Shown here: one piece after another, positions 48,104 through 57,839 of the stretch | Layout of the letters: every line of letters starts with the position of its first letter | Position numbering within the stretch: the stretch's first letter is position 1 | Assembly: GCA_963702025.1 (NCBI GenBank) | Contig: OY969699.1 | Location: 544,001-608,000, forward strand | DNA length: 64,000 nt | Direction: 5' to 3' | Origin: an uncultured bacterium | GTDB lineage: Bacteria; Babelota; Babeliae; Babelales; Vermiphilaceae | The notes under the pieces: generated by a model | The model's input: the letters and a program-made list of their open reading frames with translations, nothing else | What the model was told of the DNA's origin: nothing | The model's database searches: none | Program-made: the position numbers and the translations under genes

Positions 48104-48763
48104 TTATTTTTTTATGGATTTTTTGACTAACAAAAGCATTGGTGTTAAGAAGAGCATCGTTACCATTTTAATAGCAAAACTTACTATCATTATTTCTCCC
48201 AGATTTTCAATAATGCCATAAAGGCCTAAAAAGCTAAAAAGAATGGTATCAAATGCCTGCGAAACGGTGATGCTCATTACATTTCGAGCAAATAAATAAT
48301 GTCCATCAAATCGTTTTTTAAGCAGTCCGTAAAAGAAGGTATCAAAATGTTGAACAATCAAATAAACAATAATTGAAGCGCTTGTTAATCGGGGCATAAA
48401 GGAGAGCAGGGCATGATAATATGGCTGCGAAAAATCAGTGCTGGCGGGAATATAAAATAAATGTATCTGCGAAACAATAGTATAAAAAACGAGCATGCAA
48501 AAGCTTATCCATATAGCCTTACGTGCTTCATCTTTTCCATAATATTCTTGTAATAAATTCAAGGTTAACACCGAACCAACAATATAGATATCTGATGCCG
48601 TTGCAGTGAACCCCAGGAGCGTTATTTGTTTAATTACAAAAAGATTTGCAAGGATAGCCTGTACGCATAAAAACGAGCATAATGCCTGATTGCCGATTCT
48701 GAGCATTATAAGGGTGGTTATTATAATGCAAATAAGGTGAAATAAAAATAATAATTCATTCAT
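48104..48763 (-). CDS. yhhQ: Queuosine precursor transporter (YhhQ/QPTR family)
   Basis: LANLFVIKQI, LLQEYYGKDEARKAI, RLTSASI and RNVMSITVSQAFDT motifs. Confidence 0.85.
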   Translation of the reverse strand: MNELLFLFHLICIIITTLIMLRIGNQALCSFLCVQAILANLFVIKQITLLGFTATASDIYIVGSVLTLNLLQEYYGKDEARKAIWISFCMLVFYTIVSQIHLFYIPASTDFSQPYYHALLSFMPRLTSASIIVYLIVQHFDTFFYGLLKKRFDGHYLFARNVMSITVSQAFDTILFSFLGLYGIIENLGEIMIVSFAIKMVTMLFLTPMLLLVKKSIKK

Positions 48764-48845
48764 TTTCAAAACTCTTGTGCTTGGGCGGATCATAATATGA
48801 TAATGCTAGATTAGCAGAGTGCTTTTGTTTTAAAAAGAGGGTGCC

Positions 48846-49742
48846 ATGAATAAGAGAATCTTTACTCCATTAATATTAAATACGATTGCCATATGCGCAA
48901 TGGAAAAGCCATATGTTGCACCGTCAAAGATCCAGGATTTGGATGCAGTTAAAAAGGTGGTTGTTGATTATCTTAACAGAAATACGGCACCATTTTACAA
49001 AGTGGGGAGCCCTTATTGCCGACCAGAAGTTGATTTATCAAAGTCTCATGAAGAAGAAGTTAACAAAGGATTATTCTGCTTTTATGAAGATAAGGCTGTT
49101 GTATGTGCTCATGGCAGTGCCCATTTTGTAGATCTTTTTCAAAAAAAGGTAGTTAGAGTAATTCCGATTGGTAGGAAGCTTGAAGAAAGTGATAGAACAA
49201 ATCCCATGTTTACCAGTGCTGGCTGTGGAAAAATAGCAGGTTCGGATAAGGTACAAGTATTTTTAGGAGAACAAAGTGGAAGGATTTCAGCCTTCAGCCT
49301 TAAAAATGAATTTGAAGTAGATTCACCCAGAGAAATAGAAGCAACGCCGGAGATTCCTAAAACATTTGGCATTGTTCCTGGTAAAGTTCTTTCGTTCCAT
49401 TTTGCACCCGATGGTAAACAGGTTGCTGTGAAGTATGTAACTAATGTTCCGTGTATGGCACTCAGCGTTGCGTTTTTAAAGCTCTTATCGTCATCGCAAA
49501 AAAGTGGTTCATACTTAGCTGCCGAATCTAAAAAAAATAATCGCCGATCATGGATGCCATCTGCTACCAATTATGATTGGTCTGTTTTTGCAACCCGCGA
49601 ATGCATAAATGGCATTGAAGATATTCGGTTTGAGAATGAATTTTGCATAACAAAATGTGCACTTACCAAAAATGAAGAGAAATGGAAATTGATAAATCCA
49701 GAAACTACCCGTCCTGAATTAGTAAAAATAGAAGAAAAATAA
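48846..49742 (+). CDS. Secreted hypothetical protein
   Basis: GAGG RBS, short signal peptide ICA-MEKP. Confidence 0.65.
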   Translation: MNKRIFTPLILNTIAICAMEKPYVAPSKIQDLDAVKKVVVDYLNRNTAPFYKVGSPYCRPEVDLSKSHEEEVNKGLFCFYEDKAVVCAHGSAHFVDLFQKKVVRVIPIGRKLEESDRTNPMFTSAGCGKIAGSDKVQVFLGEQSGRISAFSLKNEFEVDSPREIEATPEIPKTFGIVPGKVLSFHFAPDGKQVAVKYVTNVPCMALSVAFLKLLSSSQKSGSYLAAESKKNNRRSWMPSATNYDWSVFATRECINGIEDIRFENEFCITKCALTKNEEKWKLINPETTRPELVKIEEK

Positions 49743-49780
49743 GAATAATTTAGGTATAATTGGCAGCATATAAAATAACG

Positions 49781-49977
49781 GACCTTATGCGTAATTAGCT
49801 GCATAAAAAATGAATTCGCCAGAAACCGCTCATGGTGAGTGATTGCGAAGCAATCGTATCGAACCATAATTTGAAAAATTTAAATCATAAGAACCCTTCG
49901 ATACACCGCTCTGCGAGCGGCACTCAGGGCGAGCGGGCTAAGCGTACTTTTTTGTTAAAATAATTACGCATAAGGCC
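49781..49977. mobile_element. MITE-like element containing a repeat doublet
   Basis: Terminal inverted repeats GACCTTATGCGTAATTA / TAATTACGCATAAGGCC (16 of 17 match). The internal doublet is near-identical to 15565..15688. Confidence 0.7.
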
Positions 49978-50005
49978 TAATGGACCATACGCAGTGAGGG
50001 ATTAT

Positions 50006-50317
50006 ATGAAATTCTTAGCACTTTCTATTCTTATGAGTACACCAATTATCGTTTCGATGGAAAAACATCCATCATTTGAGGAACTTCAACAGGTAGTTTA
50101 CCCAAGTAAACTCGTTAAAGTTCCGTCTTTAAATGGCTATATTACTGAAGTTGAGATTCCTACGGAAACGGAAGAATATATTTATAAGGGTAAAGATATT
50201 GGTTTTGAATTAGTGAAAATAAAAGAAATCAAAACCAGATATCATCTTACTCTTGACCAGAAGCAACTTGTAGTGGCATGTGTTCAAATTTTTGATCGTC
50301 CTGTGTCACCATGGTAA
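50006..50317 (+). CDS. Small secreted hypothetical protein
   Basis: GAGG RBS, signal peptide IVS-MEKH. Confidence 0.65.
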   Translation: MKFLALSILMSTPIIVSMEKHPSFEELQQVVYPSKLVKVPSLNGYITEVEIPTETEEYIYKGKDIGFELVKIKEIKTRYHLTLDQKQLVVACVQIFDRPVSPW

Positions 50318-50318
50318 T

Positions 50319-51260
50319 TTAAAGCAAGGGATTCTTGGCAAATCCAATTAGCCGACATTCGGGTTGTGGCAGAACGCCAAATTCTTTATAAACTAATTCT
50401 TGCATGGTTCGTGCAAGAGTGATGATATCGGTGCTGGTGGCATTGCCTTGATTAACGATCATATTGGCATGTTGATGTGAAACAATTGCATTGCCGATCC
50501 GTAAATGTCCTTTTACACCAATTTTATCCAGATAGTAGGCAACATAAATTATTTTTTTGTTATTGCTTACGAGCGTTACTTCATGGTCAAGAAAATTCCT
50601 AAAAAAACTTCCGCAGGTATTTTTTGCCGGATACCGTTTTTCGCGATGACGAATAATTTCTTTTCGTCGTCCGCGGGCAAATGCAGTTTCTAAATCGGTT
50701 GCCTTTTTTAAGATAAACGTTGCGTCAACTAAATAAAATTGTTCTTCTTGTAACTTAGATTTGTTGTAGCCAAATGCAAACCAATCCGGCGCAATGGTAG
50801 AATATTGATTGGTTTTTTTATCAAGCACCGTTGCATTAAACAAAAACTGCTCTAACAAAAATTCATAATAGTGGAGATTGATATACAAAGAACCGCCAAC
50901 CGTGCCAGGAATGCCGCTAAATTCTTCAAGTCCAATAATAGAATGATCCAAGCAAAAGAGAATGAGATCGTGCATAGATGCGCCGGCGCCAGCTTTTACT
51001 AATATATGTTCTTGCGAAGGCAAAATTGATATTTCATTTAACTGAGGTTGAATCACCAGTCCGTCAAAGCCCTCATCACTAATAAGAATGTTGGCGCCTT
51101 TTCCTAAAATAAAAATTGGTAATTCTTTTTGACTGGCATATTCAACGGCATACTGAAACTCTTGAGCGGTTTGAGGCTGCGCAAAATAACGGGCGCTACC
51201 ACCGGTGTTGAACCAATTTTTATCTTTAAGCGGAACATTTGTTTGAATGAGATGATTCAT
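50319..51260 (-). CDS. murB: UDP-N-acetylmuramate dehydrogenase
   Basis: ILGKGANIL, GIPGTVGG, GSFFRN and HANMIVN motifs. Confidence 0.95.
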   Translation of the reverse strand: MNHLIQTNVPLKDKNWFNTGGSARYFAQPQTAQEFQYAVEYASQKELPIFILGKGANILISDEGFDGLVIQPQLNEISILPSQEHILVKAGAGASMHDLILFCLDHSIIGLEEFSGIPGTVGGSLYINLHYYEFLLEQFLFNATVLDKKTNQYSTIAPDWFAFGYNKSKLQEEQFYLVDATFILKKATDLETAFARGRRKEIIRHREKRYPAKNTCGSFFRNFLDHEVTLVSNNKKIIYVAYYLDKIGVKGHLRIGNAIVSHQHANMIVNQGNATSTDIITLARTMQELVYKEFGVLPQPECRLIGFAKNPLL

Positions 51261-52161
51261 ATATTTTGGTTGGTTCAGGTCTTTTTTGAGCATGGCCACT
51301 CGTTATTAAATCCAAACATTGATTACTGCAAGTATTTTGATACTTTTCTAAGCATGCAGCGCAACAAATAAAATGTCTATTACAGGCTGCACGCAAACAA
51401 TTAGTGTAATCATCACACGGTGCACAGCAAATATAACAGCTGCCTAAAATGTCGTCAGTAACTTTTACTGTAATTCGTCCATCAAAAACATAATTTTTGC
51501 CTTTAAAAAATCCATTGGGAAATTGTTCAACATACCGGTGGATGCCACCCTTAATCTGATAAACTTTTTTTGTTACTCCTTTCAATGCAACGTAGGCCGA
51601 TGCGCGTTCACAACGAATGCCGCCGGTGCAAAACATGAGAACATCTTTTTCTTTCAGCTTATCGAGGTTGTTGTCTACATAGGTAGGAAAATCTCTAAAA
51701 TGGGTTATATCGGGCCTCAGTGCACCCGGAATGGTGCCAATAGCAGATTCATAAGGATTGCGGCAATCAATAATAACCAGATCTTTATTTTTTTGCGCAA
51801 GAAGTTCATGGGCTTGTGCCGGTTCTAAATGAATGCCTCCTTGATCAGCTGTTGCCGTTGCCGGATCGAGGCCAATATTTACAATTTCTTTTTTAACAAC
51901 AATACGAAGGCGCGGAAAGCGGCTATGTTCAGTGTTACTTTCTTTAAAATCTATTCCGTCAAACAACGGATGATTATTCATCGCTTTTTTGTAGAGCTGG
52001 ATATTTTCATTTTCTCCGCCCAGTGTTGCATTGATTCCTTCATGCGCAAGAATAACGCGCCCTTTAAGAGCGAGTTTGTAACAAAGATCTTTTTGCCATT
52101 GTAAAATTTTATTTGGATATTCTATGTAAACATATTTGTAGAATAAAATTATTGTTTGCAT
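51226..52161 (-). CDS. trhO: Rhodanese-domain tRNA uridine(34) hydroxylase TrhO (UPF0176)
   Basis: LFYKY, EGINATL, DCRNPYE, FCTGGIRCE and YVFDGR motifs. Confidence 0.9.
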   Translation of the reverse strand: MQTIILFYKYVYIEYPNKILQWQKDLCYKLALKGRVILAHEGINATLGGENENIQLYKKAMNNHPLFDGIDFKESNTEHSRFPRLRIVVKKEIVNIGLDPATATADQGGIHLEPAQAHELLAQKNKDLVIIDCRNPYESAIGTIPGALRPDITHFRDFPTYVDNNLDKLKEKDVLMFCTGGIRCERASAYVALKGVTKKVYQIKGGIHRYVEQFPNGFFKGKNYVFDGRITVKVTDDILGSCYICCAPCDDYTNCLRAACNRHFICCAACLEKYQNTCSNQCLDLITSGHAQKRPEPTKIYESSHSNKCSA

Positions 52162-53066
52162 TGTTGCTGCTCTTGTATACCTGAGCTAAGAGTTATTTTC
52201 CGATTGTTTTTAGTTTCAACTTTACAGCCCAGTGCTTTTAAAATTTGTTGCTTCTTTTCCGATATATTTAATGATATCCCATAGGCAAGTGGGGTCAACT
52301 TCTGTGTATTCAAACAATTGAACCCCAGATCATTGTGAATCAAAAAATGAGAAACAGTTTCAAATTCTATGTCGTCGAGCTTTTGCTCGCAGAGAGCATG
52401 AAGTAAAGAGTTGCCATTATTCTTTTGTTTATAGTTTTCATTTAACATAATGAGCGAATAAAGGGATAAACTGCGAGACAGTTCTTTATTTGTTTTTTTT
52501 GAAAGTTCTTTGATGTGTTCAAATGGTTGGGCCTCAAAGGCTTCAATGCTATCATGGTGCGAACATATTTTAATGCCATGTTGGGCAATTTGTACATAGG
52601 TATTTATGCAATCAACGTAATTTTTAAACGTTTGATTGTTTTTGTCACCTTCATCCATAGTTTCTTGTGCGTCAGTAAGAAATTCGTTAATGGTATTCAA
52701 TGAACAGCAATGTTGCTCTAATTCTTGAATAACAGAAATGAGCACCCATTTTTTTTCAAATTCATCTTTATTTATAGCGCATAATGAGAGCTTGCCATAG
52801 TTTGAAATTTTTTTTGATAGAGTAGCTAGCGAATTTGGTGGAATCATTGATGAGGGACGTTCATAAAAATAGGTGTGTGCTCGTTGCAACAGGCGCACCG
52901 GGTTATTGTCGTCACAAATGGCCAGTAAAAATTTATTAATTTTTAATTCTTTAAACAACGAGTTTGTATAGCTTAAGATTTGCTTCACTCGGCCCGACGC
53001 TTTTTCCATGGGCTGGCACGTGCAAGAGATTAATAACAATAATGAAAAAACAAAAGATAGATTCAT
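52149..53066 (-). CDS. Secreted hypothetical protein with degenerate ankyrin-like C-terminus
   Basis: CQP-MEKA, GNSLLHAL and LTPLAY. Confidence 0.65.
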   Translation of the reverse strand: MNLSFVFSLLLLISCTCQPMEKASGRVKQILSYTNSLFKELKINKFLLAICDDNNPVRLLQRAHTYFYERPSSMIPPNSLATLSKKISNYGKLSLCAINKDEFEKKWVLISVIQELEQHCCSLNTINEFLTDAQETMDEGDKNNQTFKNYVDCINTYVQIAQHGIKICSHHDSIEAFEAQPFEHIKELSKKTNKELSRSLSLYSLIMLNENYKQKNNGNSLLHALCEQKLDDIEFETVSHFLIHNDLGFNCLNTQKLTPLAYGISLNISEKKQQILKALGCKVETKNNRKITLSSGIQEQQQCKQ

Positions 53067-53081
53067 AAAAATCTCGTGAAG

Positions 53082-53339
53082 TTATTTTTCGCTTGGAATA
53101 TAAGGACGTTCGTAAAAGCTTTTGAGTAAGTATTTAGGATCAACCTCTGTTACTTGTTGGAGTGGTTTATCTTGTTCGAATTGCTTTTTTATGCTGGGAT
53201 CTTGCGTGCCATCATACTCATCTTGCAAAAAATAAATAAAATGCGAGTGGTATGAAAGGGCAGGGATGGAATTTAACATCCCGTTGGCAGCACAAGCGGT
53301 AAGTAGGCTCAATATCGGTATAAAAAATAGTTTCTCCAT
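53082..53339 (-). CDS. Small secreted hypothetical protein
   Basis: Signal peptide. Translationally coupled to the ABC permease gene. Confidence 0.55.
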   Translation of the reverse strand: MEKLFFIPILSLLTACAANGMLNSIPALSYHSHFIYFLQDEYDGTQDPSIKKQFEQDKPLQQVTEVDPKYLLKSFYERPYIPSEK

Positions 53340-54133
53340 TAGACATGATCCATCTTTTTTTTAAAAAAATACAACGCCACTATATTAAATACACCAGAAA
53401 AAAATATTAAGGCAAGGATACAAATTGGATATGCAATAAATTGATCATTGCCAACGAGGGCAGAACGTAATCCTTCAGTAATATAGGTATATGGATTCAG
53501 GAGCGCAAGCCATGAATAGATTTTAAAGCGTGAATTAAGCAACGCCCATGGCACCCAAAAACCGCCAAGGACTACCAATGGCCAGTTGATACGAATCCAG
53601 AAATAACGCACATTAAATGAACGTTTAATGAAACACATTACCGTAAGCACATATGAAGCAAAAAAATATGAGCTTACTACATTCATGAGCACTAAACCTA
53701 ACCAAGATGTATTGAGCGCATCAAAATATGAGGGCAATAAAAACCGCGCTAATGGAAAAAATGGCATAGCAATTATGAAACTAAATAATGCCGGAAATGC
53801 GAGCAGTTCAAAAAATAAAACTCGAGGGGGCAAGAGCATCATTTGATAATCGATAAAACGATCGCCCTCAATATCATACATAAGTGGTGAAATAAGCGAG
53901 AAGCAAATTTGAACGCTGTTCAATGCAAAAGTTCCCACCATCAAAATAATACTCGCCTTTGCACTTCCTGCGCCGAAAATTACTCCTGGTTGCATATAGC
54001 CAAAAATAAGAATCGCAAGTAACGGATAAATAATTAAATAATTGATGCCGTAGGTTTTTAGGCGCTTACCAAAAATATAAAAATCACGATGTAATAACTG
54101 AAAAAAAGTTTTACAAATCTCAAGGTTAAACAT
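53339..54133 (-). CDS. ABC-2 type transporter permease
   Basis: About 6 TM segments, NPYTYITEGLR motif. Confidence 0.85.
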   Translation of the reverse strand: MFNLEICKTFFQLLHRDFYIFGKRLKTYGINYLIIYPLLAILIFGYMQPGVIFGAGSAKASIILMVGTFALNSVQICFSLISPLMYDIEGDRFIDYQMMLLPPRVLFFELLAFPALFSFIIAMPFFPLARFLLPSYFDALNTSWLGLVLMNVVSSYFFASYVLTVMCFIKRSFNVRYFWIRINWPLVVLGGFWVPWALLNSRFKIYSWLALLNPYTYITEGLRSALVGNDQFIAYPICILALIFFSGVFNIVALYFFKKKMDHV

Positions 54134-54141
54134 TATTATTC

Positions 54142-54924
54142 CTAAATGGGATCAAGTCGGCGCCTGATTGCGCGCTGTAACAAAACGATCAATGCTGCGC
54201 TGCAGCTTAAAATAACGGTAACACAGATCCAGAGTGGTAAGTAATTGCTTTGGCCCAACATAGCAGCGCGCATACCTTCGTGAACATACGTGACGGGGCA
54301 TAATAAAAATAGTTTTGCAAAAAATGGAGAAAAAGCATACGCCTGTTTCCAGGTAAAGAATGTGCAGCCTAATAGAAACATTGGTCCTAAACGGCGAACC
54401 CAAACGTTATCTAAAAACCAAAAATAATTTAAAGAAAATGCAAAATAAATGAATATTAGCGAATAGAAGAAGACCATTAAAACAAACATTCCAATGCTTG
54501 GTATTATACGCATTTGATCTAATGGAAAGGAAGTTCCTAGAAGTAAGGTTCCTATACAAAATACCGGGATTAAGATACTAAAAATTTCTAGCATAAAGGT
54601 AAAAATATATTCAGCAAATAATAACGTTTTAGGTAACGGTAGACTCATTTGATAACGAAAGAATCTCACTTTTTCAATGTCATAGACATATCTAAATGCC
54701 ACTGCGAATGAAGTAGAAAAAATTACTTGCGTAGTAGTCCCGATGTATAGTGGTGCAATCATTGAGATAGGCATACCGAGTAACGGCAAAAATTGCCCGA
54801 TTGCAAGTGTTTGCAAAAAGACAATGATGCATCCATCAATTAGGCGCCCTGTAATATTAGCAGTGATTAAGCGAAGGTCACGATGCGCTAAGACACAAAA
54901 CGTTTGAAAATATTCACTATACAT
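54142..54924 (-). CDS. ABC-2 type transporter permease
   Basis: About 6 TM segments, PVTYVHEGMR motif. Confidence 0.85.
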   Translation of the reverse strand: MYSEYFQTFCVLAHRDLRLITANITGRLIDGCIIVFLQTLAIGQFLPLLGMPISMIAPLYIGTTTQVIFSTSFAVAFRYVYDIEKVRFFRYQMSLPLPKTLLFAEYIFTFMLEIFSILIPVFCIGTLLLGTSFPLDQMRIIPSIGMFVLMVFFYSLIFIYFAFSLNYFWFLDNVWVRRLGPMFLLGCTFFTWKQAYAFSPFFAKLFLLCPVTYVHEGMRAAMLGQSNYLPLWICVTVILSCSAALIVLLQRAIRRRLDPI

Positions 54925-55666
54925 TTTCAGCTTCCTTAGTAAGTGTTAGAAAGATATCTTCAAGCGAAGCCATGGCATGTTGCGCTTTGAGTTCTTTTAC
55001 AGAAGCTATTAATTGAATTTTGCCTTTATTCAAAATGCATACGCGATCAGAAAGATGTTCTGCTTCATCCAGATAATGGGTGGTGAGAATAATAGTGACA
55101 CCTTGTTTTTTTAATTCTTTGATAATCTGCCATAATTTTCGTCTGATATCAGGATCCAATCCAACGGTTGGTTCATCGAGTAATACGAGTTCAGGGCTAT
55201 GCATAAGTGCACGCGCAATGAGAACACGTTGTTTTGTGCCACCTGAAAGTTGATCAATTTCAAAGGAGGCATAACGTGTTAGTTCAAGTTTATCCATTAA
55301 GACAGCTGCACGTTCTTGAATTACTGATTCGGGCAATAAAAAGTATCTGCCGGCAAAAATAAGATTATCTTTGACATTTAAGTAGGTATCAAGATTTTGT
55401 TTTTGGGGGCAAAAGCCTAATGAGCGGCGATAATTGATAATATCTTCGTAGATTGATTCACCCTTGAAAAGAATGTCACCAGCAGTTGGCGGATGGAGGG
55501 TAGCAATAATAGATGAGAGGGTGCTTTTGCCTGCACCATTGACCCCTAAAAGGCTAAAAATTTCACCATGATGAATGTCAAAGCTGACATCATCCAAAGC
55601 GCGGACAGTATTATTTCTATCAGTATAATATTTACTGATATTTTTGATTTGAAGAAAGTGGTGCAT
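54917..55666 (-). CDS. ABC transporter ATP-binding protein
   Basis: GVNGAGKS, LSGG, LLDEPT and TTH motifs. Confidence 0.95.
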   Translation of the reverse strand: MHHFLQIKNISKYYTDRNNTVRALDDVSFDIHHGEIFSLLGVNGAGKSTLSSIIATLHPPTAGDILFKGESIYEDIINYRRSLGFCPQKQNLDTYLNVKDNLIFAGRYFLLPESVIQERAAVLMDKLELTRYASFEIDQLSGGTKQRVLIARALMHSPELVLLDEPTVGLDPDIRRKLWQIIKELKKQGVTIILTTHYLDEAEHLSDRVCILNKGKIQLIASVKELKAQHAMASLEDIFLTLTKEAENV

Positions 55667-55795
55667 GAAGATAATCCTCTTTGAAGAAGAAAAGGTACCT
55701 TCATAATTTATCACATTTTGTCAAAAAAACCATTGTTAAAAATATTTTTTACCTTAGACAGCGATTTTCTGAGCTCTTTTGAATGAGCATCAAGA

Positions 55796-56446
55796 TTATT
55801 TTTTCTTGATAATTAATGCGTCTAATTTCTGGTGTAAATCCACTGGTAATGTGCGTTTCGCTTCTTCCAGTTTCATGCGACCTTCATTTATTTCCTTGGC
55901 AATGCGAAGTAAGGCTTGCTCTCCAAGTGACGGTACTTGCGCAAGGGCAATCGTTAAGCGAATAGACTCACCCTGAGTATTTGGTGACAGTTGCGTAGAG
56001 ATTCTGTCGCTTTTATATGCAATTCGCAATCTATCATGGGGAGCAGCAGTGACTTTGAAAGATTTCTGGAGCTCGGCATTTTTTTGATTGCCTTCAAGGA
56101 TGATTGAGGAATTACTATCAGGAATCTCTTTATCATTGAGCAGTGCAAAGAGGGTATATTCGGCTTGCTTAGAATCTACATTTTTTACATTTGCATCATA
56201 TGTCACTTGGTAGTTGCCGCCCGTAAGAGCTTCAAATGTTTGATTTTTTGAGTTATAATTCCATCCATTTATTGATTCGATCTTATCAAATAGTATGTTT
56301 ACTGGTGTCTGTGGTATAACTGTCATCTGAGTGCTCCGTGAATATGCTTTTACACCCATTGGCTGTACTGTTTGCGCCATTGTCGTGCTGATAAATACTG
56401 CGCCGACACTTAAAAATGCTATTATCTTTATTATAAAAATATTCAT
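55796..56446 (-). CDS. Secreted protein with C1q/BclA-C-terminal-like beta domain
   Basis: Signal peptide. ILFD...F...GNYQVTYDANV pattern of a TNF/C1q-like jelly roll (judged by eye). Confidence 0.55.
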   Translation of the reverse strand: MNIFIIKIIAFLSVGAVFISTTMAQTVQPMGVKAYSRSTQMTVIPQTPVNILFDKIESINGWNYNSKNQTFEALTGGNYQVTYDANVKNVDSKQAEYTLFALLNDKEIPDSNSSIILEGNQKNAELQKSFKVTAAPHDRLRIAYKSDRISTQLSPNTQGESIRLTIALAQVPSLGEQALLRIAKEINEGRMKLEEAKRTLPVDLHQKLDALIIKKK

Positions 56447-56596
56447 TACTTTCACTTAAACAGCTCCTATTAAATCTCATTCGATATTTTATTTCTAATA
56501 GAATTATATCAAATGGGCATTTATTATGAAAGAATATTTATAAAAATGCGCAAAAACCTTTATTTTATGCTTTTTAGAGCAACTTCTCAGCGTGCT

Positions 56597-57754
56597 TCAT
56601 TTTTGTTTCTTTTTTTCAAACTTGGCATGTTTTGCCTTTTTGACTTTAAACTGTTTTTCAAGCGATTCAACTACATCTCTAAAGCCACTATATTCAAGTT
56701 CTGTATAAGGGAGCATTGCCGGGCCGGACCAACCTTGTGATCGCATTTCCAGCGCTTTTTCTTGTGCCTTAAGCCGAATTGCATCCCAAGCGGGATTATC
56801 AAAAAAATCAACATAAAATTCTGCAAATTGTCCCTTTTTATTCATTGAAAAGCCGAGTGCTGAAATAATCGGCAGGCAATAAAACCCCGTAACTGCCGTA
56901 TTTATCGGCACTGGCATAAGTGGCATAGTATGAGATCCGCGCGAATCTCCTCCTACATAGTGAGCTTTGGTAAACGGCATTAATAGTTCTTCAGGAGCGG
57001 GGAAAATGCCTTGATTGCGCACGCTAGCAATTGGATCATCTTTTCCACTATATTTTCCTGCTATGGTGTGAAGGCGATCGGTGGATATAGAAACAACCTG
57101 TTCATTGAAACTTCGTGAATGAATTGCTTTGATGCCAAAGCGTTCATTATCGCGCAAAAGCAATGCAATTTTATAGTAATCTTCCGGCGCATTAAGGGTG
57201 ATTACCAAATCTTCATGGGGATGATTCATATCAATAATTTCAAAGGAAAAGCCTTTGATAAGTTTGGGAAGCATAAGTCCAGCGCAATACATGGGATCTG
57301 CAAAAGCGAGAAAGAATGGTAAATTAAAACAGCCCGGATCAGTTTTATCACAGGCAAAAATCATAAAGGATTCAGCGGATCGGGGATCTTTAAGAGTGTG
57401 ATCAAAGGTAATTTCTGCTACACCGGGGCCTGCGCCGCGCACATTGCCTGATGGCGCATTGGCTAAAAGATCTTGTCCGGCTCCATAGCAGCCATATCCA
57501 TGAGCAATTTTAGTAATTTTTAAAAAAGTATCCCAAGCAAAATTATGTATAGCGGGGTTATCCGTGCCATGGGCATGAGACATAATGAGCGCAATGTCAT
57601 CACCCGTATGGGTTACTAAACCATCAATGAGAAGCCCCTTTTTTATGGCTGCTCTTACTTCATGGCGAGCCATATCGAGCATTTTTAAATTAGGGGTAGT
57701 GTGTCCGCCAATGGAACCTACATCTGCCTTAATTGCGGAAATTGTTATTTTCAT
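56597..57754 (-). CDS. fbp: Bifunctional fructose-1,6-bisphosphate aldolase/phosphatase (class V FBPase)
   Basis: IKADVGSIGGH, GDDIAL, YGAGQDLL, GNVRGAGPGVAE, GKYSGKDDP and RGSHTMPLMPV motifs. Confidence 0.93.
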   Translation of the reverse strand: MKITISAIKADVGSIGGHTTPNLKMLDMARHEVRAAIKKGLLIDGLVTHTGDDIALIMSHAHGTDNPAIHNFAWDTFLKITKIAHGYGCYGAGQDLLANAPSGNVRGAGPGVAEITFDHTLKDPRSAESFMIFACDKTDPGCFNLPFFLAFADPMYCAGLMLPKLIKGFSFEIIDMNHPHEDLVITLNAPEDYYKIALLLRDNERFGIKAIHSRSFNEQVVSISTDRLHTIAGKYSGKDDPIASVRNQGIFPAPEELLMPFTKAHYVGGDSRGSHTMPLMPVPINTAVTGFYCLPIISALGFSMNKKGQFAEFYVDFFDNPAWDAIRLKAQEKALEMRSQGWSGPAMLPYTELEYSGFRDVVESLEKQFKVKKAKHAKFEKKKQK

Positions 57755-57839
57755 TATGAAATCCTTTTTTTCTTCTACTTAATCTTTATATGGTGATACC
57801 AAGAAAACAAAATGCTGTCATCTTACTTTTGGTTAAACT

